A stretch of DNA of 63,828 nt, the filler included, from Trichomonas gallinae (taxonomy: Eukaryota): assembly GCA_008369845.1 (NCBI GenBank). It is 8 parts of 8 records of this genome, joined end to end, with 100 filler letters (N's around TTAATTAATTAA, not from the genome) between each part and the next. Parts side by side here need not be neighbours in the genome. Positions count along the whole stretch, not along the records: positions 37,888 to 58,856 come from MRSU01001178.1; 7 more parts are not named here. One strand, written 5' to 3'. The notes beneath the pieces are model-generated. The model was not told the DNA's origin. It worked only from the letters and a program-made list of their open reading frames with translations, and did not search any database. Numbering within the stretch: position 1 is the first letter of the stretch; every line of letters starts with the position of its first letter. A program made the position numbers and the translations under genes. Shown piece by piece: positions 46,801-57,259 of the stretch.

Positions 46801-47135
46801 GACAGAAGTTCATCGTCCAGAAACTCCAAAAGCTCCTAGAGCTCAGAAACGAGAATGATATGTACAGGAAGTCCGCAAAGGGAGGTCGCAGACCATCGAA
46901 GGTAACGGCCGGCACGAGGATTGCAGTCTTCGATGCAATCGGTAAGTCATCAAAAATCGTCTGCTTGACGAGCGACCTTGACTACGACAAAGTCTTGGAT
47001 CATATCAAGAAGACTGTTCCAAGGAAATCTGCATCAGTGCAAATCCGTGTGAACGGAAAACTCGTCAACCTGACAAAGGAATCGTTCATGAGCGCAATCA
47101 CAAAATATCAGTTAATGAAAGTTGTTGTTAATTAA
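43845..47135 (+). CDS. RhoGEF (DH-PH) and Kelch repeat protein
   Basis: DH motifs EVKTTEITYINDL and FLITPIQRYPRYILFIREL; Kelch blades PPRSYHTA..FIFGG, PRFSHSA..IHGG, RCGH..IIGG. Confidence 0.9.
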   Translation: MTKQLFHILKDGAIFCSRDSSSYIDKTAEEILENIKIENSCLAIKTNISIQPINPKDKPLKLFPSIIGQGALEINEVENALVIQPPDFQDKIAYYFECKTQESEPIPNFAVTFAQNSLNQMSYSQFLAAVAEQFDLPHSDGKLYRDEQPLSDSTPISQIIEFCNEKLLIYQCKLEEKGCYKLRMRRNLITEVKTTEITYINDLNTLINFFKPQLEKTKYLTQEQLTLIFKDLPTIFSCHIHFLASIKQRGSGYGAIISDCLIEFSRFFKLSANYVSNYQQVSKIATSLPQSFMDDLIKRCPMNELGRDFSSFLITPIQRYPRYILFIRELIKFTPKCHPDSAGLEIAQQKIDYVTKELEEQKDKNEHIYSIVQLQSKLDPPTTLLAPARDLLTKYKVTLPEYPKTKARLYHFTDMVLVCLRVKSKNYNVVLNELNIRVAYDPHVSPEGIMFIKEGKQTVHVVFASKEEKHEYLTKIQAERERLFSNLPNKTNCLLWSDIYIPTIPPQTLYISGEIVNDDIYFTGGLAMKDKDRVKMPFIVYNIGTHNFSASSYLSLPIVGSTLSALSNTIYQFGGIEKESQKPNNITYMMDSSNMQWNKLEVGDAIIPPRSYHTAVIHDKKMFIFGGLNEKRNELGDCYFLDLITKRWHKVNSKGEGPKPRFSHSASVVGNYMVIHGGRAGKKKFFNDFWVLDLKAFSWTRIGVKNDYIFHKRCGHRSFVAGAFLFIIGGSNKNDVGQYMDTVAIDMLSGNAEVLENCGNFPQTTQFGLVYSRGNAYIYGGKDLACDRVRSSMAFATLPERFTSTSIPPNFSVKHLEKINEVSKDKKDRRKSQGAPPSKARDFSPQPRAHEPLTQPPKHRESFDPGDIALQLQSIHLKRVSTLESKSNLSPLKSDESKKSTTSSKFQAPKYDEPKKPEQKLSGGQRPELRPIGKVDLKSVPKAELKPVPKQEPQIKKSSSKSDFGADIDQLCNELKIDISELQPFRQKFIVQKLQKLLELRNENDMYRKSAKGGRRPSKVTAGTRIAVFDAIGKSSKIVCLTSDLDYDKVLDHIKKTVPRKSASVQIRVNGKLVNLTKESFMSAITKYQLMKVVVN

Positions 47136-47159
47136 AAGAAACACAAAATAAAAATTTGT

Positions 47160-49343
47160 TTAAACTTCAGTAGCATACATTTTGTTATAAAGGTCATTCT
47201 TCTTTGACTGTTTTTCGACTTTGACGACATAGGCAGGCTTCTTCTCTGGCGACGCGTTTCTAATCTTTTTGAGAACTCTAGGACTGGTTCTCGCTTCGCC
47301 TGCAGGCTTCACGACTTCATTGATTATCATATTTTCTTGCTTCCTCATCACGCGCTTGTACATTTTAACACCAGGCTTTAATTTCATATTTGGAGTGATC
47401 GGTACAAGCCTCCTGATTGTTCCATCCTTGTCGACAACTGCTTCTGTAGCAACGAGTTTTGTCTGTCTCTGCCTTGAGTACTCTTCATCACCATAGTGGA
47501 CAAATAATCTCGAAACTAAAACTAAAAATGCATAACCGCACTCAGGAATTTCTGGCTCGCGAGCTGTTTCTTGCAAAACTTTCGGAAGATTCTTGCCAAG
47601 CTTCGTGATAGCTGTGAAGACTATATCCAATTCTCTAGCAATCTTAGATAAGTCGTCGAATGAGTAGTCGGGCATTTCTATGCCTGGGAAGTCAGAGCTG
47701 GCCATGATGAACTCGCACAAGCGCGGGAAAATGTGATTTTCAAGCCTATCATTCATCACCGACAAATGCCTGTCGAGTGTTCCCAATCTGAATATCTTGC
47801 GCAATTGGAGTAATAATGGCTTGATTGTGTTCTTGTTGGCGATGTTCACTTTCAGGTACATCTCTGAGTTGAGGATGAAATCGGAAACAGCGCCGAGCAA
47901 GAATGTTTCGGATATAACGTCGAAAATGCTGCCAGTTGTGTTATGGAACAGTGCTGCAATCTCCTTGATGACACTCAGTAAGTGCCTGGCCTGCAAAGGA
48001 AGGAAGTCAGAACTGCTGCAGATGAGTTTGATGACTGTGTTCATCAAGTTTATTGACGCGTCAACATTGTCTTTGTTATCGACGTTGATATTCTTGCTGT
48101 CGATATATGAGACTAATTTCTTGAGGAATGAAATGTAGTCATCACCATTAATAAGCAATAAAAGCTTGAAGAGGTTCTTGATGTGAGAAGGAGCTGTGAT
48201 ATCTGGATTTGAAGAGAAGAACGAGATAGCGAGAGTTATGTAGAACTGGTTAACTTTACCGGCATAGCAAAAGATGTTGAAGAGGGTTCTGATGAGAATC
48301 AGAGCCTGCGGATCATCTGGTTCGACCATTTTTAATAGCGATCTTAGGAAGACAAAATCGGAATGTGTAACAGCTGTATAAACTGTCTGATAAACCTGAT
48401 CTGGATAAGGTGCAATGATTGATGACATAAAATTAAAAACTGGAATTTGGTCATTAACAACACGGATCCATAATAATATATGCTGTGGATCTTGAAGCAC
48501 GAGGTTTTTGCAAATTGGTTTGCCGTTTAGACCGATTACAGATATACCGTCGCCTGTTTTTGTTCTTATAATTTCTTTAACGAGACCATCAGCTTCATTT
48601 ACAAGTTTCTGGTCTTTGACACCAATTAAAACGAACTGTCTGTCTTGATTGAGAATTGCCCATTTTATTGATTTCTTCTTTTCGTAAGTGCAAGCGCTCA
48701 TAGCTTTGACGTAGGGTGATTTTGCTGAACTGCTCTTTAATGTGTCCTTAAAGACCATTCTTGCAAGAATTCTTCCGATTTTTGTCGGATCTGCTGAAGT
48801 TCTTAAGAATTTGGCCATAAAATATACAAATTCCTGGTCTTTCTGTTGTGTAATTGTAAAGGCTGGATACCAAAACTTCTGAAGAGGTCCAAAAAATTGA
48901 GGTGGAATAATTTTCCGTATAAGCTCTGTGTACTGACGAAAATCTTTGTCTGGCTTCGCAAAAATTTCCTCTTCTGGTGTAATATCTAGATATGGCATGA
49001 TTATTTTGATATATTCTTTAAAATCGTATGTTTTGAATTCTGACATCTCCAGCATTTGTACTTGAGCTATTTTGTCTTTAACTTCCTCACAATAACGTGT
49101 ATAATCCACATAAGGCAGATGATCTCTTTTCAATCCGAAAGTGCTTCTTTTTGGATTGTCTTCGGATCCTATTACCAGAACTTCGTGGACTACCACTTGA
49201 TTTGGTTGATTTTGTTGAGGTTTTGTATCTTTTGATTTATTATGTATGTTTTTAGCTGACTTTGGCGATGACTTGTCAGACTTTTGTGGACTGCCATTCA
49301 TTTCGCTGTCATTTTCGCCAGATTTATGCTTCTGCTGTTCCAT
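47160..49343 (-). CDS. Hypothetical protein, degenerate RasGAP-like helical domain
   Basis: 727-aa ORF; SSDFLPLQARHLL...ETFLLGAVSDFILN aligns loosely with RasGAP motifs but lacks FLR. Confidence 0.5.
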   Translation of the reverse strand: MEQQKHKSGENDSEMNGSPQKSDKSSPKSAKNIHNKSKDTKPQQNQPNQVVVHEVLVIGSEDNPKRSTFGLKRDHLPYVDYTRYCEEVKDKIAQVQMLEMSEFKTYDFKEYIKIIMPYLDITPEEEIFAKPDKDFRQYTELIRKIIPPQFFGPLQKFWYPAFTITQQKDQEFVYFMAKFLRTSADPTKIGRILARMVFKDTLKSSSAKSPYVKAMSACTYEKKKSIKWAILNQDRQFVLIGVKDQKLVNEADGLVKEIIRTKTGDGISVIGLNGKPICKNLVLQDPQHILLWIRVVNDQIPVFNFMSSIIAPYPDQVYQTVYTAVTHSDFVFLRSLLKMVEPDDPQALILIRTLFNIFCYAGKVNQFYITLAISFFSSNPDITAPSHIKNLFKLLLLINGDDYISFLKKLVSYIDSKNINVDNKDNVDASINLMNTVIKLICSSSDFLPLQARHLLSVIKEIAALFHNTTGSIFDVISETFLLGAVSDFILNSEMYLKVNIANKNTIKPLLLQLRKIFRLGTLDRHLSVMNDRLENHIFPRLCEFIMASSDFPGIEMPDYSFDDLSKIARELDIVFTAITKLGKNLPKVLQETAREPEIPECGYAFLVLVSRLFVHYGDEEYSRQRQTKLVATEAVVDKDGTIRRLVPITPNMKLKPGVKMYKRVMRKQENMIINEVVKPAGEARTSPRVLKKIRNASPEKKPAYVVKVEKQSKKNDLYNKMYATEV

Positions 49344-49792
49344 GGCTCAAGCAAAAAAAAAATTATAGAAAAATAACGGCATACAGTTAACTTCGTAATT
49401 TTGCATATATAGCAATGTTGCTATCTGGAAATAATATTCCAAATGGAAAATTTTTTGAAAAGTTAATTAACCCAATATAGCAATATAAAAAGTATTGTGG
49501 ATCAATATTTATTAAATGAACATAAGAAAAATGTACAAAATTGAAGTTATTTTTAAATTTTCGAAAAAATTGTGATAATAATGTCCAAAAAAATTCTAGT
49601 CTCAAAAAATCGAATTTTCTTTGTGATTATTAATAAGAGTATATTGTAGTGATTGAATTTGACAACAAAAATAATTTGACTAAGAAGAATTTAAGTTTTA
49701 TGCGAATCCAGATTCAACATAGTTGTATAGAGCAAAATTTTGAAAAATTGCTTTTTTGAGAGAAATCGGCGGTTTTGGTTTGATTAGTAAAA

Positions 49793-52075
49793 ATGGTCCG
49801 TAGTCTTACTGTTGGTATCTACCAGAATAAAAGCCAAAAGTCTCCGCAGAGGAAAGTTGCCGATATAGAGAAGGCCGAGCAAGATCCAAAGTTTATCATT
49901 GATGGCCAATCGCTCGCATACTACATCCTCACTCCAAAGGACAAGGATCACTCCTGGGAGTTCGCAAATGGAGGTGATTACAACACATATGCTACAAAAA
50001 TGGCGGAATTTTTCGGACGCTTAATGAATTTCAATGCAAAGTCTACGATAGTTCTTCCTCTTCCTGATGGAACAGGACCAGTCACAGAGAACTCAGTCTC
50101 CAAGTGGGTGAGCAAGGCACAAGATAAGATCCGCCGTGTTTCTCGCGTTCGTCAGCTCCTTGAGAAGACAGCATCATCATCTCGTCTTCTTCTGGACGTT
50201 CTTCCACCATTCATGCTCGATGAAATCGCTATCACAGCTGCAAAACTTAAAATACCAGTTATCTACACAAGAAACAACGTTTCTCGCTTCGTTGCTAACT
50301 ACCTTAAAGAGGGAAAGGCCGATGCCGTCATTGGAAGCAACTCCGACTACTGCATCTTCAAGGATGTCAAATACATCCCAATAGACTCATTCTACAACGA
50401 TGAATACAACATTTGGCAATGCTATTACATGACAGCACCAATTGTTTGTGATATCATCGGCCTCAACAGTGTTGATAAGCTTATTGATCTCGCAATTTTG
50501 CTTGGTGATGACTTCACAGAGAAGTTCGTCACATCAAAGTACAACATCTACACATTACTTCGTATTAAGCCACGCCAAAACAACCCAGCCGCCATCGTTG
50601 AGGGTATCGTTGACTGGCTCAACGCTGAGACATATGACGGTCTCGAGAATACTTCACCAATGAAGGAGATCATCGCTGATGATCCAGAATTCAAGGCTGC
50701 CATCGATGAGTCCCGCAAATTCTTCTTACTCGAGGATCTCGCTCCAGAGGGCGACTCTGAGGTTCGCAAGCTCGTTGATGAGGGTAAGCTCCCTCTCTGG
50801 GCTCTCGGCATCTCTGAGGGAACAGATTTCTGGTACGAACCAGTTGTCGATGACTACAAGCACGAAGTCTCAACATCCAAAGTCACACTCCCAATCCGCC
50901 GCATCATCTACGGCATTCTCGGCCGCCAGGATGTCATCGAACACATCCCAACAGACGAAAATGTTATCACAGAAACAGTCAAGGCCGAGGCTGACCTCCC
51001 AGCTCTCGCTCAGATCCTCAAGATGAAGAAGGCTGCCCTCGAGAAGACATTCTACCAGATTGTCCACGCCTCATTCCCACAGCAGCCAAACTTCAAGGAT
51101 GACCCAATCAACAAGCTCCCAGAGCCAGTCAAGACAATCGCTCTCTCACTTAGATTCCTCATCGCTCAATGCTACACAGAGAACCAGGCCGGCTACACAC
51201 GCACACCAGCCGACAACACTAAGCTCAAGGAAGCCGGCGTCATTGGTGCACCACCGATCGACATGTTCGAGCTCAGAGCTCTGGCTGTTCAGGCTCTCTG
51301 CCTCTCACAGTTCAAGTACAGCGAGTTCAAGGGCCAGGACTTCAAGCCAAGACTCCGCCGTGTCCATGTCACAGCTCTCTACGAGATCGTCCTCCAGCAC
51401 ATGCTCGCCCTCCAGCAGGTCTTTGGCCAGAAGACAGATGACCTCAAGCCACACAGATTCTATGATGGCCAGATCTTCGCCGCTGCTTACGATGCTGAGG
51501 GCCTCATCACAGATGAGCGCTTCACCCAGTACTACTCCGACGAGATCAAGGGCAAGCTGAAGGAGATTGAGGGCGGACTTTTGAAGGAGTTCCTCGACGC
51601 AGTTCTCTACCCATTCCCAGCTGGCCTCTTTGACTCATTCAGCGCCGTCCCACGTTCACTCGGCAGCGCTGCCTTCGAGGAAGTTAAGCCACAGGTCGCC
51701 ACAATTGTCGCACCAAAGTCTGCATTCGCAAACCTCATGGACAGCGACGACGAGGAAGAAGACGCTCCAGTCGTTGCACCACCAGCTCCAGTCATCACAG
51801 CCCCAGCCCCACCTCCACCAGCCGCTAAGGCCGAAGAGAAGAAGAAGAAGGTCGAGATGGACGAGGATGAGGAAATGGCATTCCTCATGGCTGCTGCCGC
51901 TGCAAACAAGGGCCAGAAGAGAGAGGTCAAGGCCGCTCCACAGAACAAGAATAAGTCTAAGGGCCCACAGAGAAGACGCGTTGAGAAGGTTAACCTCAAC
52001 GAAGTCAAGAACTTTAACAAGGAGTCTAAATTAGAGGCTAAGCTCCAGACAAAGCAACAAGGCTTCGATTGGTAA
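49793..52075 (+). CDS. PIN/XPG-like (Asteroid/FAM120-type) protein
   Basis: FIIDGQSL, GGDY, AVIGSNSDYCIF, LAILLGDDF (H3TH); late FYDGQIF motif; strong high-expression codon bias. Confidence 0.75.
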   Translation: MVRSLTVGIYQNKSQKSPQRKVADIEKAEQDPKFIIDGQSLAYYILTPKDKDHSWEFANGGDYNTYATKMAEFFGRLMNFNAKSTIVLPLPDGTGPVTENSVSKWVSKAQDKIRRVSRVRQLLEKTASSSRLLLDVLPPFMLDEIAITAAKLKIPVIYTRNNVSRFVANYLKEGKADAVIGSNSDYCIFKDVKYIPIDSFYNDEYNIWQCYYMTAPIVCDIIGLNSVDKLIDLAILLGDDFTEKFVTSKYNIYTLLRIKPRQNNPAAIVEGIVDWLNAETYDGLENTSPMKEIIADDPEFKAAIDESRKFFLLEDLAPEGDSEVRKLVDEGKLPLWALGISEGTDFWYEPVVDDYKHEVSTSKVTLPIRRIIYGILGRQDVIEHIPTDENVITETVKAEADLPALAQILKMKKAALEKTFYQIVHASFPQQPNFKDDPINKLPEPVKTIALSLRFLIAQCYTENQAGYTRTPADNTKLKEAGVIGAPPIDMFELRALAVQALCLSQFKYSEFKGQDFKPRLRRVHVTALYEIVLQHMLALQQVFGQKTDDLKPHRFYDGQIFAAAYDAEGLITDERFTQYYSDEIKGKLKEIEGGLLKEFLDAVLYPFPAGLFDSFSAVPRSLGSAAFEEVKPQVATIVAPKSAFANLMDSDDEEEDAPVVAPPAPVITAPAPPPPAAKAEEKKKKVEMDEDEEMAFLMAAAAANKGQKREVKAAPQNKNKSKGPQRRRVEKVNLNEVKNFNKESKLEAKLQTKQQGFDW

Positions 52076-52187
52076 AAATAATAAAAATCTTTTTAGAATT
52101 TTTTTGAATAGTTTATTTTTTACAAAAATTTTGTTTCATTTTTTATTCTTTTTCGACCGTGTGAGGCCTCCAATCTCCTGTTTCAGG

Positions 52188-55100
52188 ATGGACGGCAGCA
52201 ACAGGAGCATCTCAATCCAATTGGAGGACTCCAGGTCCGTTTTTCTTGGCCAGAAATTGATATCAATGGGCTATCTCGTGTCTTATGGCGGGTATGATAT
52301 CCCAGACGTGCTGATTATGAACACAAAGAAGTGTCCTTACAACTATAATAGAAACGATAGGTTCGATTTCTTGTTTGAAAATTTGAATCACTTCAAAAAA
52401 GACATATTTTACGTGTTGCATATGGTTGTTACAACTGTGGTCACTGTATCTATCATAGTATTCATTTTCTCGCTGAAAATTCCAATACATAATTCACATA
52501 TAATGAAAATTTACTTAAATTTTCGTATATTCCCATTTAATATCAGGAAAAACGAAAAAGTAACATTACACAAGGATGGCACAAGCAGTATTTTCGAATT
52601 CTTTTTAAGTTTAGGTTACAGGATTATATCATTCGATATTACTTGGGAAAAGACTCAAAAATTCAACTTTACTGAATTGTTATCGGATAAGTTTTCTTCT
52701 ACATACTCGACTAACGAAGAAACAAAGCAAGTTCCCATAGAAACAAAACTTATTCTCGCTAACCATGAATTGTCATTATCTTTTGCAATCGAGGATATAG
52801 TCGTCAATCTAAAGCCGAAAAGCTATCCGTATATGGGTCATTCAGCTATCAATGATTTGTTCAGATTATGTTCGGGTGGTTTTTCTTACTTTTTGCATCT
52901 CTCAAGCGCGAAAGATTTACAAAACACAGCCAACCAGATCAAGTGCGCCGTCGATGTCCCTGCAGTTGGATTTGGATATATTTTGGACGGGCGTATTCAC
53001 ATGATGGCCGAAGCTTTTGAGTTAGAGGAATACAAGAAAATGATACACGATTACGCTAAGAACTTTTTCAATGAAAAACTACTAAGTCTTGAAGTTATTG
53101 CAAATACTTTCGGAAAAATGAGAGTTTGGGGCACAAGTATAATTTATGGATCGACAAGATTCTTTGTTGTATTGATTAGAACGAATACAAAAGCAGTTTT
53201 GCGCGGTCCAGAATTTATTTCAACAAATCTCATGATTCTTGGATTTAGTACTGCTGTATCAATGATGAAACATGGAGCTCTAACAAATCTCCTCAAAACT
53301 CATGAAGGGTACTTAAGGGAAATGGAATTTTTCCAAAATGATGTAATTACGCGCTTTATGAAAATGAATTTGATCATCCCATTCGACAAAGAGTTCAACC
53401 TCATAGGAGAGTTCCAATATTACAAATCTTTCCAGAAAATCGTCAAAACAAAGAAAAATTGTATAGTTACTCTAAAATCGAATGAGCGTCAAGTATTGGT
53501 AATACACACACCTCATTCATCAATTGGAGGCTTCATTCACTTAATTCAAGAGCAGAAAGTTGATCCACCAGCAATTGCACTTCCTGACAGAAATATCATG
53601 GCCTGGCTATGCAGAGTTAGTGATGTAAGCATTGTTTGGGTCATGGCATCCGATTGCAAAGAATTGGGAGATATCACTCAGATTATTCATCCACAGGATA
53701 GAGATTCATTTATTGCAGCAGTTGAACACACTCGCCGCTTCAAGCCAGTTGAGATGTCCACGCCAGCAAAGATAATTATCGGTGATAAATATCGCATTTT
53801 CAGAGTTACATTGATTCGCAACTGCGAAGAGTACTTTATTGTCATTGCTGTTGATGAAGAGGACTATTCCAAGTCCATTTTAGAACTGAAGAGGATCGAA
53901 AAGAGTGTTTCTATTGCTTTGAGCGCAGGCAACGTTACCCTGTGGAACTACGAGGACACATATCACCCGCCCAGAATACTGCTTTCATGGGGAGAGACAG
54001 CATTCATCGCAAACAGGACTACTGTCGCCTCAAATGTCTTGAACGAATACCAAGCCCCGGCACTGGAGCAGTTCGACATCTGCATGAGGACAGGAATGCC
54101 TTTCATGATCGACGTCCCTTTATTAGTCGGCACTCTGAAGTGGTACTCAATGCGCGGAATCAGGACAGGCCCGAGCACATTGCTGCTGCTTAACATCGAC
54201 ATCACACAGACCAAAGAGGCAGAAGAAAGGCTCATAGAAGAGAAGAGGAGAGTTGAAGAAGCGACGAATGCTAAAACGAGGTTTTTAGCGAACATGAGCC
54301 ACGACATCAGAAATCCATTGTACGGCATCAATGGCCTTTTAGAACTGCTGATGGATACAAACTTACCACCTGGCAACGATGACAACATTGATATATTAAC
54401 GAACTCTTTCGAAAAGCTGTTAGATCTTTTGAATGATACCTTAGATCTAGCGAAAATTGAGCAGAATAAGATGATTCCAAGCTGGGCACCCTTCGATCCA
54501 GCAGAAGAAGTTGGCAAAATTATACAAAAATTCAAGCGGCCTCATGTCCCTGTCATTACGAGGACAATGGCCGGCTTTCCGACAATTGTTTACGGTGAGC
54601 CACACTTCTTCTCGCGCATTGTTTCTAACCTGCTATCTAACGCTGTGAAGTTCACTCATGAGGGAATGGTTATGATCACAATGACATCGGACATGGAATC
54701 CTCAATAACAGTAAAGATAGAGGACAGCGGTATCGGAATTTCGACCGAAGATGTAGAGCGACTTTTCACAATCTTTGCGATGGGTGACAACTCAATCAGA
54801 AGACCATATGGTGGCATCGGTGTTGGCCTCCCACTCTGCCAAAAGATGCTGAGTTTGATTGGTGGAAAGCTGGAGCTTTCGTCAATTGTTGGTAAAGGCT
54901 CGAAATTCACAGTCATTTGTCCCTTCGAAATATATTATGTTCCATTTGTTCCTAAAACAATCAAAGAAAAGGAATTATACGCGCTTGATCTAACAGGTGT
55001 TGATTTATACCATGAACTACTCGAACCACATTGCAAATTCTTCGGAATTCCTCTGCTCAAGAATCCAGACGACTCCAAACCGATTTCGATCATATTCCTT

Positions 55101-55676
55101 ACTAATAGGCAGAATGCGATCGATACTGCGCTGGAAATAATCAGGAAGCGGAAGAATGTTGTAGCTCTGATGTCATACAACAAAGGTGAAGAAATTCTCT
55201 ACCAAGGCGTGGAAATAAGGAGAGAACTCAGCCCAGTTAGACTTGGCATAATCGTTAAAATCCTCAAAGAAGTTGCATGGAACAAAGGCGAGGACAAGGA
55301 CAACATCAAGATCGCGCCAATATCCGTTTTGCTGGCGGAGGATAATGCGACGAACCAGCTTTATATGCGGAAAATGTTCCAGAAGCTCGGTGTTTCGCTT
55401 GTTGTCGTTGGTAATGGAATGGAGGCAGTCGAAAAACTGAAAGAAGAAAAATTCGACTTAGTTTTTTTGGACCAATGCATGCCTGTTCTAGATGGTCCAT
55501 CAGCTGCTGTGGAGATTAGGAAATTCAATAAAGATGTAACAATAATCGCATTAACCGCAAGCCACAGCAAAGATGATGAAATTCTATGCCTTTCCGCAGG
55601 AATGAATGCTTTCCTCACAAAGCCTGTTTCTATTAGTAATATTAGATGTACTCTTATGAAATTTTCACCAAGATAA
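52188..55676 (+). CDS. Hybrid sensor histidine kinase/response regulator
   Basis: H box FLANMSHDIRNPL, N box NLLSNAVKFT, G1 EDSGIGI, G2 GGIGVGL; receiver LAEDN..DQCMP..TA..KP; PAS-like IIHPQDR; one TM near the N-terminus; ATG 52188. Confidence 0.92.
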   Translation: MDGSNRSISIQLEDSRSVFLGQKLISMGYLVSYGGYDIPDVLIMNTKKCPYNYNRNDRFDFLFENLNHFKKDIFYVLHMVVTTVVTVSIIVFIFSLKIPIHNSHIMKIYLNFRIFPFNIRKNEKVTLHKDGTSSIFEFFLSLGYRIISFDITWEKTQKFNFTELLSDKFSSTYSTNEETKQVPIETKLILANHELSLSFAIEDIVVNLKPKSYPYMGHSAINDLFRLCSGGFSYFLHLSSAKDLQNTANQIKCAVDVPAVGFGYILDGRIHMMAEAFELEEYKKMIHDYAKNFFNEKLLSLEVIANTFGKMRVWGTSIIYGSTRFFVVLIRTNTKAVLRGPEFISTNLMILGFSTAVSMMKHGALTNLLKTHEGYLREMEFFQNDVITRFMKMNLIIPFDKEFNLIGEFQYYKSFQKIVKTKKNCIVTLKSNERQVLVIHTPHSSIGGFIHLIQEQKVDPPAIALPDRNIMAWLCRVSDVSIVWVMASDCKELGDITQIIHPQDRDSFIAAVEHTRRFKPVEMSTPAKIIIGDKYRIFRVTLIRNCEEYFIVIAVDEEDYSKSILELKRIEKSVSIALSAGNVTLWNYEDTYHPPRILLSWGETAFIANRTTVASNVLNEYQAPALEQFDICMRTGMPFMIDVPLLVGTLKWYSMRGIRTGPSTLLLLNIDITQTKEAEERLIEEKRRVEEATNAKTRFLANMSHDIRNPLYGINGLLELLMDTNLPPGNDDNIDILTNSFEKLLDLLNDTLDLAKIEQNKMIPSWAPFDPAEEVGKIIQKFKRPHVPVITRTMAGFPTIVYGEPHFFSRIVSNLLSNAVKFTHEGMVMITMTSDMESSITVKIEDSGIGISTEDVERLFTIFAMGDNSIRRPYGGIGVGLPLCQKMLSLIGGKLELSSIVGKGSKFTVICPFEIYYVPFVPKTIKEKELYALDLTGVDLYHELLEPHCKFFGIPLLKNPDDSKPISIIFLTNRQNAIDTALEIIRKRKNVVALMSYNKGEEILYQGVEIRRELSPVRLGIIVKILKEVAWNKGEDKDNIKIAPISVLLAEDNATNQLYMRKMFQKLGVSLVVVGNGMEAVEKLKEEKFDLVFLDQCMPVLDGPSAAVEIRKFNKDVTIIALTASHSKDDEILCLSAGMNAFLTKPVSISNIRCTLMKFSPR

Positions 55677-55744
55677 GAGATTTTTGTTAAAAAATGAGTT
55701 GTTAATATTGAAAATACAAACAAATATTTTAATATTAGTATAAA

Positions 55745-56377
55745 TTACTGAGCTGTGCTATATAGGAATTCTCGAATATCATCTGATTGCACTCCATCTA
55801 TCAATAATGGAAGCAAATATTCCATTAATTCATCATCATTAATATCACCGACCCATGTTGAAACCTCTATACCGTTTTCTGGCTGCATCTTATAGCAAGC
55901 TGGAGAATTGTCTACAATGACCATTGTGGCCAAGTCTCTGTTGAATATAGTAAGGTCTTTGACAAGCATTCCGTCAATAAATCTGCAATGGTAGCGAGAA
56001 AGGATTCTCTGTATCGGAAATTCTGGAAAAACTTTTTGGACAACTGGAATTGCATATTCGGGCATTGATGCAGTAAATATATATGTATCATACAATGTGC
56101 AAATAGTTCTGAGGAACTTATCAAGACCAGGACGTTTTTGAACGTAGATTGTATAGACAATACCATTAAACTGAACTGGTACTTCATAGTCATACCAATC
56201 AGGCTTCTGAAAACCTGAGTGAACAAGTGTTTCATCAAGATCAAGAATTAAAGTTTTTCTCTTTTGTTGTGCCTTGATTTGAGCAGCTTGGAGTATGGCT
56301 TGTGTTGCAATAGTTGATTCGAGGTCTGCAGGTGAGTGAGAAATAAGCTTTCTTTCGACGACATCAAGTGCGGACAT
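55745..56377 (-). CDS. NIF/SCP-type (FCP1 homology) HAD phosphatase
   Basis: LILDLDETLVHS, KRPG, FTAS, KDL, IVDNSP; ATG 56377. Confidence 0.93.
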   Translation of the reverse strand: MSALDVVERKLISHSPADLESTIATQAILQAAQIKAQQKRKTLILDLDETLVHSGFQKPDWYDYEVPVQFNGIVYTIYVQKRPGLDKFLRTICTLYDTYIFTASMPEYAIPVVQKVFPEFPIQRILSRYHCRFIDGMLVKDLTIFNRDLATMVIVDNSPACYKMQPENGIEVSTWVGDINDDELMEYLLPLLIDGVQSDDIREFLYSTAQ

Positions 56378-57259
56378 TTTTATGAAATTTAAAAACACGT
56401 TACGAAATAGTTCTCAAAAACACGTTATATTTTCATTTTTTATTATTTTTGTTCCTCTATCGATATATATAATAAATCGGAATTTGATAAACGGCTGCAT
56501 TTGAAATTTTTCAGTCAAGTAAAATTATCCTGTCAGTCATTAAACATGGGTATGGACACTTTACTACATTCTCTCATAAAATAGACGTTTATAATTTTAT
56601 GACAAAATTTTTCGAACGTTTTTTAATTTTTAATTGTTTGTGTCATTTAGACATAGTACATTATAATTGACGATTTTCGTTGTTTACTACGGGGGTGAAA
56701 GATTTCAGAAAACTTACTATTTTGAATGATTTCCATAAATAAAAAATTTACGGTTGAAATTTTCCGTAAAAATATCGAGTATGCATTTAAAATATGACAT
56801 TGAGCATTGCAAAAAATTGGACAGGTTATTTTTTATCATTTTGTCAACGCGTCGAAATCGATTGGAAATCGTTCTCGTCATGGTATGGACTCTATAGAAA
56901 TCATACGATCAGGGTTTGTTGTTGGCTATTTTAAAATTTTCAACAAAAATTTTATCCCTCATTTAGTGATTTATATAAAATGTAGTAAAAATCAATAAAA
57001 ATTTCGTTTTTATCTGATTGGCCCGAACAATTTCGAATTTAAAACTGTATGAAAACATTATATTTGCATGGTAAAATATGCAACAGTGTTATAAATCATC
57101 AAATCACAGCTTGTTTGTTTGATTTTTACTGGAAAATCCTACAATTATACTATTTGACATGATAAAATCATAATATACCAAGAATGATACATGAATATTA
57201 AATAAGAAATGGAAAATATTAAAAAAATAGTAAAAACCAGAAAAAAGTGACTATTCGAA

